In this document: positions 11,102 to 21,179 of the stretch, piece after piece | Layout: every line of letters starts with the position of its first letter | Numbering within the stretch: the stretch's first letter is position 1 | Source: Candidatus Geohabitans tengchongensis | GTDB taxonomy: Bacteria; Sysuimicrobiota; Sysuimicrobiia; Sysuimicrobiales; Humicultoraceae | Assembly: GCA_031459625.1 (NCBI GenBank) | Contig: JAVKIH010000009.1 | Span: forward strand, 1-64,000 | Length of the DNA stretch: 64,000 bases | Direction: 5' to 3' | Notes under the pieces: generated by a model | What the model saw: the letters and a program-made list of their open reading frames with translations, nothing else | What the model was told of the DNA's origin: nothing | Database searches by the model: none | Translations under genes and position numbers: made by a program

Positions 11102-12294
11102 GGGGCGGCACAGCGGGACGGCGGGCGTTGCCAGCGCCAGGGTCAGAGCGGCCAGACGGGCCGCCCGCGAGGGCTGCAACCTGTGCAGCGCGCCCTGGGG
11201 AATGGCCGCGCCGAGCAGCCCGCGCGCCCGCGCAAGGGCCAGCCACACCGGGTCGACCGCGCCCCACCGGCGGGCCCGCTCCACCAGGACCGTCCAGTCC
11301 GGCGCTTCCAGCCGCACGGCCCGCTCGATGTCCTTCAGCCAGATGAGGCGCCATCCCCCGTGGAGGCCGGCGTGGAGGGCCAGGTGCAGGACGGCGTCGG
11401 TGACCTCCAGCACGGGACACGCCACCTCGCCTGATGTCACCCGTCGCCGCCGCGCCAGCACCCTCGCCACCGGGATGCGGTACCAGGCACGGGCCTGCGG
11501 GCGGTGCACCAGGTCCCAGTGCAGGTCGAGGATCGTGCCGCCCGGCAGTTGCCATGCCTCCTGCCCGGGCTCGTCCGCGGTGGCCATCGGCCGGGGTGGA
11601 CGTCCTGCCGTCCGGGGAGCGGTCCCGTCCCCCCTGGTCGGGGGAGCGGGCCGGTGCGCTGCCGGTGACGGGGCGCGCTCCCGGAGCGGTCGTGCCCCGA
11701 GCCGGGCCAGGCGGTCACGGACGAGCGTACGCATCTCGGGGCCGATGAGGATGTCCAGGTCGCCGTAGAGGCGGAGGGGGAAGGGGGCCGCTTCGCTGTC
11801 CCGGTCCGGGACACCCGGGACGGTGGGGTGGGAGCAGGCGAACGCCAGCGCGCCGGAAGGCGCAGGGACCCGCAGGTGGTGGAGCCGTGCTGCCGCCGGA
11901 CCCTGAGCACCACCCAGGGGACGCCCTCGGCGTCCAGCACGGCGGCGAGGCGGACCAGGTCGTCCCCGACGCGGCGCGTCAGGGTCCGGCCCTCCTCCAG
12001 GACAGGGACGAGCGCCGCGAGCGTACGCGGACCGGAGGCGAACCGCCCCAGCAGCGCGGCCAGGTAGCCGCCCACGCCGTGCAGCAGAGCGGCCTCGGAC
12101 AGGGGAGCCAGGTGGTCGGCGCGGTCGAGGTCGTGCGCGCTCGGGCGGAGGCGCGGGTGTGGGGTGGCAGGCCCGCCCGCGTCAGGTGCCGGCCCTGAGG
12201 CGGGTGCAGCGCCGTCGAGGCGTGCCGGCGGGCCGCCCGGCGGGGCGCCGACAGCGGCGAGGAGCAGGCGGCCGGTGCGGGAGAGACGGAGCAT
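10967..12294 (-). pseudogene. Nucleotidyltransferase family protein (NTP_transf_5-like), frameshifted as assembled
   Basis: N-terminal frame ends at GVPWVVL; the second frame carries RLYGDLDIL, LDLHW, HLALHA and RLIWLKDI. One extra A near 11904 would restore the conserved LKG motif. Confidence 0.75.
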
Positions 12295-12345
12295 GGACGG
12301 CGCAGGACGCAGCGGGCGCCGTGCACACACCCGCCGGCGCCGGGG

Positions 12346-13473
12346 TCAGTCCCCGCCGCCCCGCTGCTCGAGGGCGCGCACGATGTCAGTATCGCTCACG
12401 ACCCCGATGACCGAACCCTCCTGCACGACCGGGAGCTGGCGGACCCCGGCGCGCCGCATCCGCCCCGCCGCCTCCCACAGGGAGAGCTCGGGGGAGAGCG
12501 CCTCCTCCCAGGTCTGGAAGGGTCCGGCCGGCGGGCGCATCACGTCGGCGACGATGTAGGCCGTCGGCCAGCGCGGCCGGCGGTGTCCCTGCCAGCGGCG
12601 CGCCTCCACCGCCGCCAGGATGTCGCTGTCGCTGACGATCCCCAGGATCTCGCCGGGGGCCTCGGGCCGGGCCACCGGGAAGCGCCGCACGCCCGCCTCG
12701 GCCATCCGGGCCGAGCACGCCTCGATGGTGGCTCCGGGCTCGATGGTGCGCACCGGGGCAGACATCACCGCACCGACGCGCACGTGGGCGGTGTCCCGCT
12801 CCGCGGCCACCAGTTTGAGGACGATGTCCCGCTTGGTGAGGATCCCCTGCGCCGCCGGGCCATCTTCCGTCACCAGCAGGCTGCTCACGCCGGCGGCCAC
12901 CATCTTGCGCACCGCCTCGGCCACGGTGGCGTCAGGACCGATGGTCAGCACGGGACTCGACATGACGTCGGCGACGGTGCGGACCGTCCCGGTGCGGGAG
13001 ACCCGCTCCTCCGCCCGCGCCTTGCGCACGCGGCGGACGTGCTCCCACTCCTGCTGCGGGGCCAGCGCGGTGAAGAGGTCGGTGTCGCTGACGAGCCCCA
13101 CGATCTCGCCGCCCTCCACGACGGGGAGGCGGCGGACGCCCACCTGGCCCATCACCCCCGCCGCCTGGGCCACCGTCCAGGCCGGGCGGGCGGTGACGAG
13201 CCGCCAGGTCATGATCTCGTGCAGGTGCACCTGGGTCGGGTCGAGGTCGTCGCGCACCACCTTGGTGAGGATGTCGCGCGCGGTGACGATGCCGTACTCG
13301 CTGAGGCCGGGGAGCGGGGGGACGAGGACGCTGCTGATGCCCCGGGCCTTCATCGCCTCGAGGGCGTCGGCGACGGTGGCGTCGGCGGGAACCATGACGG
13401 GACGACGGGTCATCACGTCGGCGACGGTGAGCATGGGGGTCCTCCCGGACACGGCGGTAACCGGCATTGTCAT
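12346..13473 (-). CDS. CBS-domain protein (five CBS repeats)
   Basis: Repeated VADVM...RRLPVV..G..VG..SDTD units. Confidence 0.9.
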   Translation of the reverse strand: MTMPVTAVSGRTPMLTVADVMTRRPVMVPADATVADALEAMKARGISSVLVPPLPGLSEYGIVTARDILTKVVRDDLDPTQVHLHEIMTWRLVTARPAWTVAQAAGVMGQVGVRRLPVVEGGEIVGLVSDTDLFTALAPQQEWEHVRRVRKARAEERVSRTGTVRTVADVMSSPVLTIGPDATVAEAVRKMVAAGVSSLLVTEDGPAAQGILTKRDIVLKLVAAERDTAHVRVGAVMSAPVRTIEPGATIEACSARMAEAGVRRFPVARPEAPGEILGIVSDSDILAAVEARRWQGHRRPRWPTAYIVADVMRPPAGPFQTWEEALSPELSLWEAAGRMRRAGVRQLPVVQEGSVIGVVSDTDIVRALEQRGGGD

Positions 13474-13602
13474 TCTACCCCGCTCTAGGAGTGGCGCCCT
13501 GCGGGTGGAGGAGAGGCAGGGCGGCCGGGGGTGGCGGACGGGGCGGGGCGGTGAGCAGGAGGAGAAGGGGAGCCGGCTTTGGAAGGAAGTAAAGCAGAAC
13601 GT

Positions 13603-13621
13603 TGTTCCATATCATGGAACA
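13603..13621. promoter_or_regulatory. Palindromic operator overlapping the IclR start codon
   Basis: TGTTCCAT-ATC-ATGGAACA, a perfect 8-3-8 inverted repeat. Confidence 0.7.
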
Positions 13622-14524
13622 CACCACTCCTCCTGGGCAGGGGCGCAGGCGGGTCCAGGCGGTTGAACGGCACTGGACCTCCTCCTGGCGTTCGTCGAGG
13701 ACGGTCCGGAGCTGGGGATCACCGACCTCAGCCGGCGCCTCGCGTTGCCCAAGGCGACCGTCCACCGTCTTGTCGAGGCGCTGGTCGCCCGCGACCTGCT
13801 GCGCCGCGACCCGCACACCGCGCGCTATGGCCTGGGCCTGATGGCATTTCGCCTCGGCAGCGCCTTCCTGCGCGCGCTGGACGTCCGCCAGGCCGCACTG
13901 CCTGTCATGCAAGCCCTGGCACGCCAGACCGGGGAGACGGTCAACCTGAACATCGTGCAGAGTGGACACCGGGTCTGCATCGAGAAGGTGGAAAGCGTCC
14001 AGGACGTCCGCCACTTCGTCGAGTTGGGTCGGCCGCTGCCGCTCTTCGCCGGGGCCTCGGGGAAGGTCTTGCTGGCGCACCTCGATCCGCCGGCGGTGGA
14101 GGCGGTGCTCCGGCAGCAGGTGCGGCCGCTGACGGCGCGCACGGTGACCGACCGGGGGCGGATCCGGGAGGAGCTGGCCCGCATCCGCCAGCGCGGGTAC
14201 GCCGTCAGTGCCGGTGAGCGGGTCGACGGTGCCTCCGCCGTGAGCGCCCCCGTCCGCAACGCCCAGGGCGAGGTGGTGGCGGGGCTAACCGTCTCGGGCC
14301 CGAGCTACCGGTTCACCCCCGGGCGTGTGCGAACGCTGATCCCCATGGTCCTCGAGGCCGCCGCCGCGATCTCGAGGAGCGTGGGCTACCTGCCCGGTCC
14401 GGCCGATCGCTCGACGGCGACGGAGGTCGGACAGGCCCCCCGGAGGCTTTCCAGGCGCGGGCGTGTCCCCACGCCGCGACGGGCGGGAGGCCGGCGGACG
14501 GTGAGAGAGGCGGCACCGCAATGA
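13614..14524 (+). CDS. IclR family transcriptional regulator (frameshift near 13670 as assembled)
   Basis: VQAVER|ALDLL..LGITDLSRRLALPKATVHRL HTH split by a missing G; C-terminal ASGKVLLA and RGYAVS..E...GASAVSAP. Confidence 0.88.
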
Positions 14525-15762
14525 CGGTGACCGAACGGATCATCGCCCGGGCCGCCGGGCGCCCAACCGTGGCGCCCGGGGACGAGGTATGGGCAACGGT
14601 CGACCTGGCGGTGATGCATGACTCGTCGGGCCCGCGCCGCATCGCCCCGATCCTCGAGCGTCTGGGCGGCCGGCTGTGGGACCCCCAGCGCGTCGTCCTG
14701 GCCATCGACCACTTCACCCCGGCGGCGACGCTCACCCACGCGGAGATCGTGGGGTTCACGCGCGCGTGGGCCCGCGCCCGGGCGCTGCCCTACTTCTTCG
14801 ACGCGGAGGGGGTCATGCACAACCTCTTGCTCGAAGAGGGCCTGGCCCGGCCCGGGATGCTCATCGTGGGTGCCGACTCGCACACCTGCACCGCGGGGGC
14901 CGTGGGCGCCGTGGCGGTCGGCGTTGGAGCCACGGAACTGGCCACCGTGCTGGTGACCGGGGAGGTGTGGTTGCGCGTCCCCCCCACGGTGCTCATCCGC
15001 TTCGACGGGGCGGTGCCTCCCTACCTGACCGCGCGCGACCTGGCCATGGCCGTCCTGCGGTCGCTGCGGGCGGACTTTGCCATCTACCGGGCGGTGGAGT
15101 ACGTGGGGGAGGCCGTCGCGGGGCTGGGGGTGGACGAGCGCGCGGTGCTCACGAACCAGGCCATCGAGATGGGGGCGAAGAACGGGATCATCGCCCCACC
15201 ACCCGATGCCGGAGCCGGGGCCGACGGGACCACTCCCGGCGCCGTGGACCTCAGCCCCTCGCCTCCGGAGGCGTGCGAAGCGGTTCACGTCTTCCCCGTG
15301 GCTGACCTGCCTCCGCTGGTGGCCGTCCCGCCTGCCGTCGACCAGGTGCACCCGGTCGCGGCGCTGGAAGGGACCAGGCTCGACCGCGCCTACATCGGCT
15401 CCTGTGCGGGGGGCAAAGCGGAGGATTTGCGCCTGGCGGCGCGCGTGCTCCGGGGGCGGCGGTCGCGCCTGCCCCTCGTCGTGACGCCCGCCACCCAGCG
15501 CGTGGTGCGGGCCTGCCTGGCCGATGGGACGCTGCAGGCGCTGGTCGATGCCGGCGCGGTCGTGCAGGCACCGGGGTGCGGAGCCTGTGCCGGCCTGCAC
15601 TCGGGACTCCTCGGGCCGGGGGAACGATGCGTCGCGACCGTCACGCGCAACACGCCGGGCCGTATGGGGCACCGGACGGCCGAGATCTACCTCGCCTCGC
15701 CCCTCACGGTGGCCGCCTCGGCGCTGACCGGCCGGCTCACCGACCCGCGGGAGGTGCTGTAG
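14521..15762 (+). CDS. LeuC/DmdA-like aconitase-family hydratase, large subunit
   Basis: MHDS, IDH, GADSHTCTAGA, IGSC and PGCGAC ([4Fe-4S] Cys), RN..GRMG, YLASP. Confidence 0.9.
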   Translation: MTVTERIIARAAGRPTVAPGDEVWATVDLAVMHDSSGPRRIAPILERLGGRLWDPQRVVLAIDHFTPAATLTHAEIVGFTRAWARARALPYFFDAEGVMHNLLLEEGLARPGMLIVGADSHTCTAGAVGAVAVGVGATELATVLVTGEVWLRVPPTVLIRFDGAVPPYLTARDLAMAVLRSLRADFAIYRAVEYVGEAVAGLGVDERAVLTNQAIEMGAKNGIIAPPPDAGAGADGTTPGAVDLSPSPPEACEAVHVFPVADLPPLVAVPPAVDQVHPVAALEGTRLDRAYIGSCAGGKAEDLRLAARVLRGRRSRLPLVVTPATQRVVRACLADGTLQALVDAGAVVQAPGCGACAGLHSGLLGPGERCVATVTRNTPGRMGHRTAEIYLASPLTVAASALTGRLTDPREVL

Positions 15763-16265
15763 TGGACGTGCTGGAGGGGACCGCCTGGGTCTTCGGCGAC
15801 CACGTGACGACAGACGACATCTACCCCGGCCGGTATCTCGAACGGCCCCTCGACGAGGCCGGGCGCTACGCCATGAGCGGACTGGACGAGCACTTCGCCG
15901 CGCGGGTGCGCCGCGGCGACTTCGTGGTGGCCGGGGTGAACTTCGGGGCGGGGAGCAGTCGGGAGGCGGCCGTGGTGGCCCTCCGGGAGGCGGGCGTGTC
16001 CGCGGTGATCGCCCGGTCCTTCGGCCGGATCTTCTTCCGAAACGCCATCAACAACGGCCTGCCGGCGGTCATCGTCCCCGATACCTCGGGGATCCAGGCG
16101 GGTGACCGCCTGCGGGTCGACCTCAACGCCCGTCAGGTCACGGTCCTGCGCACCGGGGTGACGCTTCCCATCGTGAACCTCACGGGGATCTCGCTGGCCA
16201 TCCTGCGCGCCGGAGGCATTGTCCCGTTCACTGAGGCCCGCCTGGCCGGGAGGCGACGGGCATGA
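15762..16265 (+). CDS. LeuD/DmdB-like hydratase, small subunit
   Basis: FGDHVTTDDIYP, NFGAGSSRE, SFGRIFFRNAINNGL; GTG overlaps the upstream TAG. Confidence 0.9.
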   Translation: MDVLEGTAWVFGDHVTTDDIYPGRYLERPLDEAGRYAMSGLDEHFAARVRRGDFVVAGVNFGAGSSREAAVVALREAGVSAVIARSFGRIFFRNAINNGLPAVIVPDTSGIQAGDRLRVDLNARQVTVLRTGVTLPIVNLTGISLAILRAGGIVPFTEARLAGRRRA

Positions 16266-17134
16266 CACCGGCCGCGGGACTCCGGGCCCGCCTGGCGACC
16301 GGGCCGATCCTGGTGGCGCCGGGCGCCCCGGACGCGCTTACGGCCCGCATCGTCGAGCGGACGGGGTTCGAGGCGGTCTACTTCACGGGGGCGGGCTTCG
16401 CCTACACCCACCTCGGGGCGCCCGACCTGGGCCTCGTCACTCTGACCGAGACCGCCTGGCGGGTCGGCACGATCGTCGAGGCCACCGCCCTTCCGGTCAT
16501 TGTCGACGCCGACGACGGGTATGGGGGGCCGTTCAACGTCAGGCGGACGGTGCGATTGTTGGAGGCGGCCGGCGCGGCAGCGGTGCAGCTGGAGGACCAG
16601 GTGGCGCCCAAGCGATGCGGGCACCTGGCCGGCCAGCGGGTCGTGCCCCCGGACGTCATGGTCGGCAAGCTCAAGGCGGCGGTGGATGCACGGCGGGACC
16701 CGGCCCTGGTCGTGATCGCCCGGACGGACGCGCGCGCCGTGGAGGGGCTGGACGCTGCCCTGGAGCGGGCGCACCGCTACCGGGAGGCCGGGGCCGACCT
16801 GCTCTTCGTGGAGGCCCCGCGCACCCGGGAGGAGCTGGCGCGCATCGCCCGCGAGCTGCCGCCCCCGGTGATGGCCAACATGGTCGAGGGAGGCCGGACG
16901 CCCCTCCTGTCGGCCCCGGAGCTGGACGCCCTCGGATTCCGGCTGGTGATCTTCCCCGGGGCCGCGGTACGCGCGGCCGCGTTGGTGGTGACGCGCCTGA
17001 TGGAGCGACTGCGGCAGGACGGCTCGACGGCGGCCATGGTGGACGCCATGCTCTCTTTCGACCAGCTCAACGCCCTGCTGGACCTCCCGCACTTTCAGGA
17101 GCAGGAGCGGCGATACGTGCTCGAGGAGGCCTGA
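16262..17134 (+). CDS. Isocitrate lyase/PEP mutase family C-C lyase (PrpB/2,3-dimethylmalate lyase-like)
   Basis: DADDGYGG, EDQVAPKRCGH, IARTDA, ANMVEGG. Confidence 0.9.
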   Translation: MTPAAGLRARLATGPILVAPGAPDALTARIVERTGFEAVYFTGAGFAYTHLGAPDLGLVTLTETAWRVGTIVEATALPVIVDADDGYGGPFNVRRTVRLLEAAGAAAVQLEDQVAPKRCGHLAGQRVVPPDVMVGKLKAAVDARRDPALVVIARTDARAVEGLDAALERAHRYREAGADLLFVEAPRTREELARIARELPPPVMANMVEGGRTPLLSAPELDALGFRLVIFPGAAVRAAALVVTRLMERLRQDGSTAAMVDAMLSFDQLNALLDLPHFQEQERRYVLEEA

Positions 17135-17136
17135 GG

Positions 17137-18657
17137 ATGGCACGGTACGATCTCGCGGTCCTGGGCGGGTCCGTGGTCGTCCCCTACGTGGGAACGGTGC
17201 GGGCGGACATCGGGATCCGGGCCGGGCGCATCGCCGCGCTCGCCGAGGAGATCGCATCGGGGGACGCCACCGCGGTGGTCGATGCGCGGGGTCGCCTGGT
17301 CTTCCCGGGTGCCGTCGACTCCCACTTCCACCTGGGGATCTACCGGGACCTGGCCGAGGATGCGGCGAGCGAGACGCGGTCGGCGCTCGTCGGTGGCGTC
17401 ACCACCGTGCTCTCCTACTTCCGCACCGGCCGGCACTACCTCAACCGCAGCGGTCCTTATCGCGAGATCTTCCCCGAGGTGCTGGCGGCCGTGCGCGGGC
17501 GGGCCTACACCGATTACGGTTTCCACATTGCCGTGATGACCGAGGCGCAGCTCGACGAGGTGGCGTGGCTGGTGGCGGACCAGGGGGTCACGTCCTTCAA
17601 GTACTACATGTTCTACAAGGGACTGAACCTCACCGCCGACTCCACCCGGGCCAGCGAGTACACGCTGGCGGACACCTACGACCTCGGCCACCTCTTCCTG
17701 CTCATGGAACGGGTGGCGGCCCAGGCTCACCGGCGCGGCCGGGAGGGGCGGATCTCCCTCAGCCTGCACTGCGAGCACGCCGAGCTGCTCCGCGTCTTCA
17801 TCGAGCAGGTGCGCCGGGCCGGGCTGCGGGGCCTGGAGGCCTACCACCGCGCCCGGCCGCCGCTGTCGGAGCGGCTCTCGCTGGCCGAGGCGGTGCTGCT
17901 GGCCGACGCCACCCGGTGCCCTATCAACCTGCTCCACCTGAGCAGCCGTGAGGCGATGGGGGCGGCCGTCGCAGCCAAGCGGGACTACCCGCACCTGGAC
18001 ATCCGGCTGGAGACCACAGTCCACCACCTGGCCCTGACCTACGATTCGGCCGGGGGGATCCGGGGGAAGGTGAACCCGCCCATCCGCACCGAGGAGGACC
18101 GGCAGGCGCTCTGGGAGGCTGTGGTCCGCGGGGAGGTGGACACGGTGGTGAGCGACCACGCCTGCTGCTTCGAGGAGGAGAAGGGAGAGGATCTCTGGCG
18201 GGCCCTGCCAGGCTTCGGCGGAACGGCGCTCCTCTACCCCTACCTGATCTCGGAGGGGTTCCACCGGCGCGGGGTACCCGCTGCGAGGATCGCAGAACTG
18301 GCCAGTGCCAACTCCGCCCGCGCCTTCGGCCTCTACCCCCGGAAGGGCACCATCGCCCCGGGGGCGGACGCGGACCTGACCATCGTCGACCCGGAGTGGG
18401 AGCAGGAGGTCCACCCCGAGCTCCTGCTCTCCGCGCAGGACTTCACCCCGTTTGCCGGCGCGCGGCTGCGGGGCTGGCCCACCCACACCGTCCGGGGAGG
18501 GCAGGTGGTCTTCGCGCATGGCGAGGTGGTGGGGGAGCCCACGGGCCGGTACCTCCACCGCCCGCTGCGAGTGGAGGCGCCCGCGGGGGAGGGCGGGGGC
18601 GGCACGGCGGGCGGTCGGTTGAGCACCGGGGCAGGGACCCAAGGAGGGATGGGATGA
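17137..18657 (+). CDS. Cyclic amidohydrolase (dihydropyrimidinase/allantoinase family)
   Basis: PGAVDSHFH, GGVTT, SFKYY, HCE, LHLS, KVNPPIR, SDH, KGTIAPGADAD. Confidence 0.9.
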   Translation: MARYDLAVLGGSVVVPYVGTVRADIGIRAGRIAALAEEIASGDATAVVDARGRLVFPGAVDSHFHLGIYRDLAEDAASETRSALVGGVTTVLSYFRTGRHYLNRSGPYREIFPEVLAAVRGRAYTDYGFHIAVMTEAQLDEVAWLVADQGVTSFKYYMFYKGLNLTADSTRASEYTLADTYDLGHLFLLMERVAAQAHRRGREGRISLSLHCEHAELLRVFIEQVRRAGLRGLEAYHRARPPLSERLSLAEAVLLADATRCPINLLHLSSREAMGAAVAAKRDYPHLDIRLETTVHHLALTYDSAGGIRGKVNPPIRTEEDRQALWEAVVRGEVDTVVSDHACCFEEEKGEDLWRALPGFGGTALLYPYLISEGFHRRGVPAARIAELASANSARAFGLYPRKGTIAPGADADLTIVDPEWEQEVHPELLLSAQDFTPFAGARLRGWPTHTVRGGQVVFAHGEVVGEPTGRYLHRPLRVEAPAGEGGGGTAGGRLSTGAGTQGGMG

Positions 18658-20225
18658 AGGCGAACCGAGGACTGGCACACCTGATGGGCGGTCTCGTGAC
18701 CGTTGCCGCGCTGGTCGCGACCGTCTGGCAGCCGGCGGGGAGCGCTCCGGCCGCGGCGCCGCGTCGGGGAGGCACGCTGAACGCCACGTTCAGCTCAGAC
18801 CCGGCGCACCTCGACCCGCACCGGGGGACCACGGCCCAGAACTTCGTCCCCCTGGTCTACAACGGCCTCGTCCGCTTCAAGACGGGGCCCGGCGTCCAGC
18901 CGGACCAGTTCATCATCGAGCCCGACCTGGCGGAGCGCTGGGAGCAGCCGTCCCCCACCACCTACGTCTTCCGCCTGCGCCGGGGCGTCCGCTTCCACGA
19001 CAAGCCCCCCGTGAACGGCCGGGAGCTGACCAGCGACGACGTGGTCTGGAGCCTGGAGCGCATGCTGGCCGAGGACCCGGAGAACATCAAGCGCGACCTC
19101 TTCTCCGTCATCCAGCGGTACGAGGCGGTGGACCGGTACACGGTGCGCGTCACCCTGCGGGAGCCCTTCGCGCCGTTCCTCCACAACCTGGCCACGGTGT
19201 TCGCCTCCATCGTCCCGCGGGCCGACGTGGACTACAAGCGTGTGGCCATCGGGACCGGACCGTTCATGCTGGACAGCTTCCAGCGCGGCGTGCGGTACGT
19301 CTACAAACGGCACCCCGCCTACTTCGAGCGTGGCCAGCCCTATCTGGACGAGATTGTGATCCACATCTTCCGCGATTTCGCCACGCGGGCGGCGGCGCTG
19401 CGGGCAGGGCGCATCGACGTCGTGGACCTGCTCCCCTGGGGCCAGGCCCAGCCCATCATCCGTGAGGGACAGCTGCGGTGGGAGAAGTACCAGGGGATCT
19501 TCAGCGTCCACGCGCGCCTGAACGTCGACCGCCCGCCGCTCAATCACGAGAAGGCCCGGCAGGCGATGTCGCTGGCGCTCAACCGCCAGGCCATCGCCAT
19601 CGCGTTGGGCGGCGGGGAGGGCGCGGTGAACGGGCCGGTACCGGCTGGGCTGGGCGTCTGGGCGGTGGACTGGCGGCGCCTGCCCTTCTTCCAGCGGGAT
19701 GTGGCCAAGGCCCGTCAGTTGCTGCGGGAGGCGGGGTTCCCCGACGGCGTAACGGTGGAGGCCGTCGGCGGCGTGAGCCCCGATAACCGGCGCATCATGC
19801 TGGAGGCCATGAAGGCCCAGCTCGCCCAGGCGGGGATTACCCTCAACTTCCGGCTGATCGACACCGCGCAGGTGCAGCGTGTCCGCTTCCAGAAGGACTT
19901 CATGATCCTGGCCGACAACTTCACGCTGGCCAGCGACCCGGACAGCTACCTCTACGTGGAGTACCACTCCACCTCTAGCGGCAACGTCGGGAACTACCGG
20001 GATCCGTCCATTGACCGGCTGCTCGAGGCCCAGCGGCGCGAGCTGGACCAGGCCAGGCGCCTCCCGCTGGTGCACGAGGCGCAGGTGCGCATCGCCCGAA
20101 AGGCCTGGATCCTCACTACCGGCGACCCGATCTACGTCAGCCTCTGGTGGCCCTATGTCCAGGGCTGGAGGCACCACCACATCAACCAGTACCTGCCGCT
20201 CAAGAACGTGTGGCTGGACCGGTAA
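18654..20225 (+). CDS. ABC transporter substrate-binding protein, family 5 (peptide/opine/nickel)
   Basis: Signal peptide, PDLAERWE, LRRGVRFHD, IGTGPF, KARQLLREAG. Confidence 0.92.
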   Translation: MKANRGLAHLMGGLVTVAALVATVWQPAGSAPAAAPRRGGTLNATFSSDPAHLDPHRGTTAQNFVPLVYNGLVRFKTGPGVQPDQFIIEPDLAERWEQPSPTTYVFRLRRGVRFHDKPPVNGRELTSDDVVWSLERMLAEDPENIKRDLFSVIQRYEAVDRYTVRVTLREPFAPFLHNLATVFASIVPRADVDYKRVAIGTGPFMLDSFQRGVRYVYKRHPAYFERGQPYLDEIVIHIFRDFATRAAALRAGRIDVVDLLPWGQAQPIIREGQLRWEKYQGIFSVHARLNVDRPPLNHEKARQAMSLALNRQAIAIALGGGEGAVNGPVPAGLGVWAVDWRRLPFFQRDVAKARQLLREAGFPDGVTVEAVGGVSPDNRRIMLEAMKAQLAQAGITLNFRLIDTAQVQRVRFQKDFMILADNFTLASDPDSYLYVEYHSTSSGNVGNYRDPSIDRLLEAQRRELDQARRLPLVHEAQVRIARKAWILTTGDPIYVSLWWPYVQGWRHHHINQYLPLKNVWLDR

Positions 20226-20234
20226 AAACGGGCG

Positions 20235-21179
20235 GTGCGGCACTACCTGCTTAGGCGGGCGATCCTGGCCGTGGCGGCGCTGTGGGGACTCTCCCTGCTC
20301 GCCTTCGGGCTGATTCGGATCGTTCCCGGGGACGTCCTCATGGCGCGCCTGGAGGAATCCGGAACCGTCACCGACCTGGCGGCGGCCCGGGCGGCGCTCG
20401 GGCTGGACCGTCCGTTCCTGGTCCAGTACGCGGCCTGGGTGAGCGGTGTGCTGCGGGGTGACCTGGGGGTCTCGTTCTGGTCGGGACGACCGGTGCGTCA
20501 CGACCTGCTGGCGGCCCTGCCCGTGAGCGTGGAGCTGGCGGTGCTGGCCATGACGCTCTCGGTGGTCATCGGGCTGCCGCTGGGTGTGGCGGCGGCGGCC
20601 CGCCGCGGCGGCCCGCTGGACTATGCCGCCCGCCTCTTCAGCTTCGGTGGGCTCAGCGTCACCCACTTCTGGATCGCCACGCTGGTGCTGCTCTACGGCT
20701 CGATCTGGCTCCGCTGGGTGCCTCCGCTGGGGTACGTCCCCCTGCACACGTCACCGGCGCAGAACCTGGAGCAGTTCCTGATCCCGGCGGCCATTCTGGG
20801 CGTCCACCTCTCCGCCCGCAGCCTGCGGATGGTGCGCTCGTCCCTCCTGGAGGTCCTGCAGGACGACTACGTGCGCACGGCCTGGGCCAAAGGGCTGGCT
20901 CCCAGGCGAGTCCTGTGGGCCCACGCCGTCCGCAACGCGCTCATCCCCATCCTGACCGTGCTGGGGAGCCAGTTCGTCTACCTGCTCAGCGGCGCGGTGA
21001 TCATCGAGGACATCTTTGCCCTCAGCGGGGTCGGCCGGTACGTGGTGGACGCCATCACCCACCGGGACTACCCGGCGGTCCAGGCGGCGGTCCTCTTCAC
21101 GGGCCTGGTTGTCGTGCTGGTGAACCTGCTCGTCGACCTGGCGTACGCCTGGATCGATCCCCGCATCCGGTACGCCTGA
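20235..21179 (+). CDS. ABC permease, DppB/OppB-like
   Basis: GLDRP, GDLG.S, DYVRTAWAKGL, RDYPAVQ, DPRIRY. Confidence 0.92.
   Translation: MRHYLLRRAILAVAALWGLSLLAFGLIRIVPGDVLMARLEESGTVTDLAAARAALGLDRPFLVQYAAWVSGVLRGDLGVSFWSGRPVRHDLLAALPVSVELAVLAMTLSVVIGLPLGVAAAARRGGPLDYAARLFSFGGLSVTHFWIATLVLLYGSIWLRWVPPLGYVPLHTSPAQNLEQFLIPAAILGVHLSARSLRMVRSSLLEVLQDDYVRTAWAKGLAPRRVLWAHAVRNALIPILTVLGSQFVYLLSGAVIIEDIFALSGVGRYVVDAITHRDYPAVQAAVLFTGLVVVLVNLLVDLAYAWIDPRIRYA

Noticed and set aside
10967..12294. Lasso-peptide cluster suggested by the nucleotidyltransferase
   Set aside because: No lasso cyclase, B protein, PqqD/RRE or precursor peptide is visible
14521..16265. Leucine biosynthesis leuCD
   Set aside because: No leuA or leuB nearby and the context is catabolic, so gene symbols were withheld
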